A stretch of 64,000 nucleotides of DNA from Vicugna vicugna (taxonomy: Eukaryota), in the NCBI GenBank assembly GCA_013265495.1, contig MU061464.1, positions 620,001 to 684,000 of the forward strand. Reading direction: 5' to 3'. Below are positions 60,581 to 64,000 of the stretch, one piece after another. Position 1 is the first letter of the stretch; every line of letters starts with the position of its first letter. The notes beneath the pieces are model-generated. The model was not told the origin of the DNA, ran no database searches, and saw nothing but the letters and a program-made list of their open reading frames with translations. The position numbers and the translations under genes are program-made.

Positions 60581-62301
60581 AGAGCTGGTGGCTTCTGTGG
60601 ATGCTGAGGACAAATCTCTAGGACTCTTCTGAGTGATGACAAGTGGCCAAAATGGAAAGAAGGGGATTATGCATTTCACGTCGTGGCTTCCTCCACCCTG
60701 AGGCCAGTCTCCACCACCAAGCGCTGAGCGGCAGCAGCAGGGCCCGCCGCGGCGAGAAGGGCAGACTGGATGATGTTAGAACACAGCGTGGCAGGACCAG
60801 GAGACTGGAGAGGGCAGGGGACACTGGAACGAGGTGAGAGCACTGGCGCCAGCCCTCACTGGCTATCGTGATGGCACAAGGGCTGATTCCACTCTCCTAA
60901 AGCCCTCGTCCCCCCATCTACGGAGTGGGAAAGAACAATTATGTGTCTCGCACAGGTTTGCCAGGATTGGAGTTTTGTGAAAAGCACTGACACAGAATTT
61001 TAGATATCAATCAGTGTGAACTCAAGAACTTTCCTTGCATTAATATAAGCCAGTGCCCCTCTGGAGGAGAACATTTAGAACAGAACTTTATCAAAGGAAC
61101 AGAACACCAAGGGAGAGCGTTAAACTAGGTTGTCAGGCACGTTTATGAAAGTGAAGAAAGAATTGCATTGGCAGGCCAATGCTGGCCACTCATTCAATCA
61201 ATTCATTTACTTCTCACAGCCCAAGTGCAGCCATTAAAGGGTTTACTTGGCTGCTTCCCTCTGTCTGTATTGATTCCTTTTCAGTGAAAATATTGATAAG
61301 TTTGTATAGATCGGGACCTTAACGTTACTTAATTATTGATTGAAAACAGTTGCTCAGGCTGAGCAGGTGGGTTTTTACTTTGTTTAACAACTAGAAGACA
61401 CGGTGGGGTTTCTGCGGGAGGAAGCCAGCACCAGGCCCCCCCACCCCCTGAGCGGGCCCGCCCTCGTCAGCTCTACGCCTCAGCCTCGCGTGCTGGACGC
61501 CGAGATGATGGGCCACGTGTCTGATGTTTATCGACCACTGGGAGTAAATTAGAGGAAGTGGTGCCACCTAGAGTGATTAGACCGACGCAGGGCCGGGCTG
61601 GAAAATGAATATGGATTTGAAGTCATTGTTTGAGTGCGTTTCTGAGTCGTTCCTCACCTCTGTCAGGGCAGAAGCAATCCAGCAGTGCCTGCCCGCTCCT
61701 GAGGTGCCTTGGAGGACACCAGGGTAAGTCAGCTGTGGCCCCTGACCTTAAGGAGAGGAACATTACTAAGGAGCACGAGGTGAGCTTTTAAGCTGTCGTA
61801 ATAAAAAGCAGGGAAGGTTTGAGATTTGGTTACAATACGGTGTTACGGATGTTCAAGGAAGAGAACGCTTTACTGAGTCCAGTGGTGAAAACGTCCTCCT
61901 GGAAACGCTTTAGTGGTTCATCCACCACGTGTGTAACAGCTCAGTAAATACTGTACTTGTTCGCATAGCTTCCTTTTGCATGAGGCTCATTGCCCCCTGG
62001 TCCTTCCCAGGCTCACACCATCCTCACACTAATGCCACCTGCCTGGTTGCTGTGGATTTCTGAGTTTGCAAATGCCTGCTGGAATTCACTTCTTCAAAGA
62101 GCGTGTGGCCCAGTGTGTGGAATGGGGTGACAGGGCACGGTGGGAGGGCGTGAGAGACAGAAACCCCAAAGAAACGGGCTGAAGCAGGAGGGAAGTTTAT
62201 CTCCTCTTGGTGAACAAAGTCAGGAGATAATCAGACCAAGCCTGGGCTGGTCTGGTGACTCCTTCTATCGCGCTATTCCAGTATCTTCAACACATGGCTT
62301 T

Positions 62302-63214
62302 TCTTTCTTTCTTATTTTTCATACCAAAGTGTAGTTGATTTACAATATTGTGTTAGTGTCTGGTACGTGACATAGTGACTCAGTTTTATATGTATGTATA
62401 TATATAGACAGATAGATATTCTTTTTCATATCTTACTACAAGTTATTGAATACAGTTCCCTGTGCTAGACACTAGGACTTTGTTTATTTATTCTGTATAT
62501 AGTCGGTTGTATCTGCTAATCCCAAACTCCTAATTTATCCCTTCCCCCACTCCCCCCCGGTAACCAGAAGTTTGTTTTCCATGTCTGTGAGTCTGTTTCT
62601 GTTTTGTAAATAAGTTCATTTGTATCATTTTTTAGATCTCACATTTAAGTGATATCATATGATATTTGTCTCTATCTGACTTACTTCACATAGTATGATA
62701 ATCTCTAGGTCCNNNNNNNNNNNNNNNNNNNNNNNNNNNNNNNNNNNNNNNNNNNNNNNNNNNNNNNNNNNNNNNNNNNNNNNNNNNNNNNNNNNNNNNN
62801 NNNNNNNNNNNNNNNNNNNNNNNNNNNNNNNNNNNNNNNNNNCACCTGTCGATGGACATTCAGGTTGCTTCCATGTCTTGGCCATTGTGGACGGTGCTGC
62901 TATGAACACTGAGGTGCATGTATCTTTTTGATGCAGAGTTTTCTCTGGATACATGCCCAGGAGTGGGATTGCCAGATCATAGGGTAAGTCTACTTTTAGT
63001 TTTTTAAGAAATCTTCATACTGTTGCATATGGAGTGGCTTCACCAAACTACAACCCCACCAACAGTGTGGGAGGACTCCTTTTCCTCCAGACCATCTCCA
63101 CCCTTTATTATTTGTAGACTTTTTGATGGTAGCCATTCTGATCAGTATGAGGTGATACCTCGTCACAGTTTTGATTTGCATTTCTCTAATAATTAGCGAT
63201 ACTGAGCATCTTTT
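62302..63214 (-). mobile_element. 5'-truncated young L1 (ORF2 C-terminus plus 3'UTR plus poly-A) with 14-bp TSD
   Basis: Frameshifted ORF2 peptides [64 protein letters not shown] and DLEIIILCEVSQ; TSD caacacatggcttt (62288-62301) / caacacacggcttt (63215-63228). Confidence 0.93.
62713..62842. other. Assembly gap (130 N) inside the L1
   Basis: Run of N. Confidence 1.
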
Positions 63215-64000
63215 CAACACACGGCTTTCTTATGGTCTAATAGGCCTGCATAAGCCGCCAGGACCCTAACTGCATTCCAGAAAGAAAGAAAAGACAGCAA
63301 AGGGGAGAAAAGGGACACAGGCCTTCCCTTTAAAGACATTTCCGAGAAGTCGCCTGTGAAACTTCTGCTTCTGCCACGTGGGCGGGATTAGGCAGGTGGC
63401 CGTACGTCCAGCTAATAGAGAGAGGCTTGGAAATCTTGTCTTTCTTCTGTCACTGTGCACTCAGCTGAAGATCAGGGAATTTACCATTAAAGAGGCAGCA
63501 GAGAAGAGAAGTGGGGAGAGATGCAGCAGCTCCCATCACGGAGGGCATCACACTTGCATCTCTCCTTGGTGGCTGGCAGGCTGCACCGGCGCTGTGGCGG
63601 AGGTGTGGTCAAGTGCTGTGGGCGAGCTCGGGGTGAGGGGCGCCAGGAGGGTTCCTACAGGAGCCAGCGTTTCGGTGGGGAAATTGGGCATAGGCCATTC
63701 TATGCAGAGGAAATGGCCTTCAGCAAACAAAATCAGTTTGGGGAAGGACAAGGAGTCCATTGTTGCTGATCTCAAAATAGCAGAGATCAGCCAAGGCTGA
63801 GGGCCGGGGAGGTAGCAGAAGGTAAGGCTGGACCTCTGTGCTGGAGCTGAGTCTCATGGTCTTGACTATCAGCTCAGAAGCCTGAGCCTCATTTTGCAGA
63901 GCAGAGACCTCTAAGAGCCCTCCCACTGGGCCTCACTCCTCAGCCTGAAAATGACTGGATTTGGCAGGCACTGCACATCATGCTGCTGCATCGCCCTGTC

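Larger units (their letters stand above)
62140..63520 (+). mobile_element. LTR33-like ERVL LTR split by the L1 insertion (pieces about 62140-62301 and 63215-63520)
   Basis: 5' piece gagacagaaaccccaaagaaacgggctgaagcagg...gaagtttatctcc...ctccttctat; 3' piece ttatggtc...gcattccag...tttccgagaagtc...ggcttggaaatcttgtcttt. Confidence 0.55.

Noticed and set aside
62655-63220. ORFs resembling a real protein
   Set aside because: Frameshifted L1 ORF2 C-terminal remnants, not a host gene.

Overview
This is eutherian mammalian genomic DNA, not prokaryotic. It is most likely camelid: two tRNA-derived SINEs resemble the camelid type as I recall it, the young L1 3' end is cetartiodactyl-like, and I saw no Alu, B1/B2, Bov-A/BovB, PRE-1 or SINEC. 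The assembly is a draft with four 130-160 N gaps. I recognise no protein-coding gene, RNA gene or CRISPR array, and apart from L1 ORF2 remnants the ORF track looks like chance ORFs in GC-rich DNA. The most parsimonious layout has three parts: the possible terminal exon/3'UTR of an upstream + strand gene at the left edge; a CpG-island promoter at about 14.8-15.4 kb with a non-coding first exon (donor at 15339); and what is probably a long first intron to the window end, full of old repeats (L1M, L2, MIR, MER5A, Tigger1 derivative, MER21- and LTR33-like LTRs). The strongest unusual signal is a window-wide A/T-to-G/C shift in repeat copies, TIRs and TSDs, consistent with GC-biased gene conversion. 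Other notable items are a PBX/HOX/MEIS motif cluster, a CRE plus kappaB pair, a 179/180-bp tandem duplication, an alternating A-B-A-B-A minisatellite, an L1 nested in an LTR with a 14-bp TSD, and several candidate non-coding exons. I found no evidence of a novel multi-gene system. Repeat family names come from recalled consensus sequences, and their boundaries are approximate unless a TIR or TSD is given.
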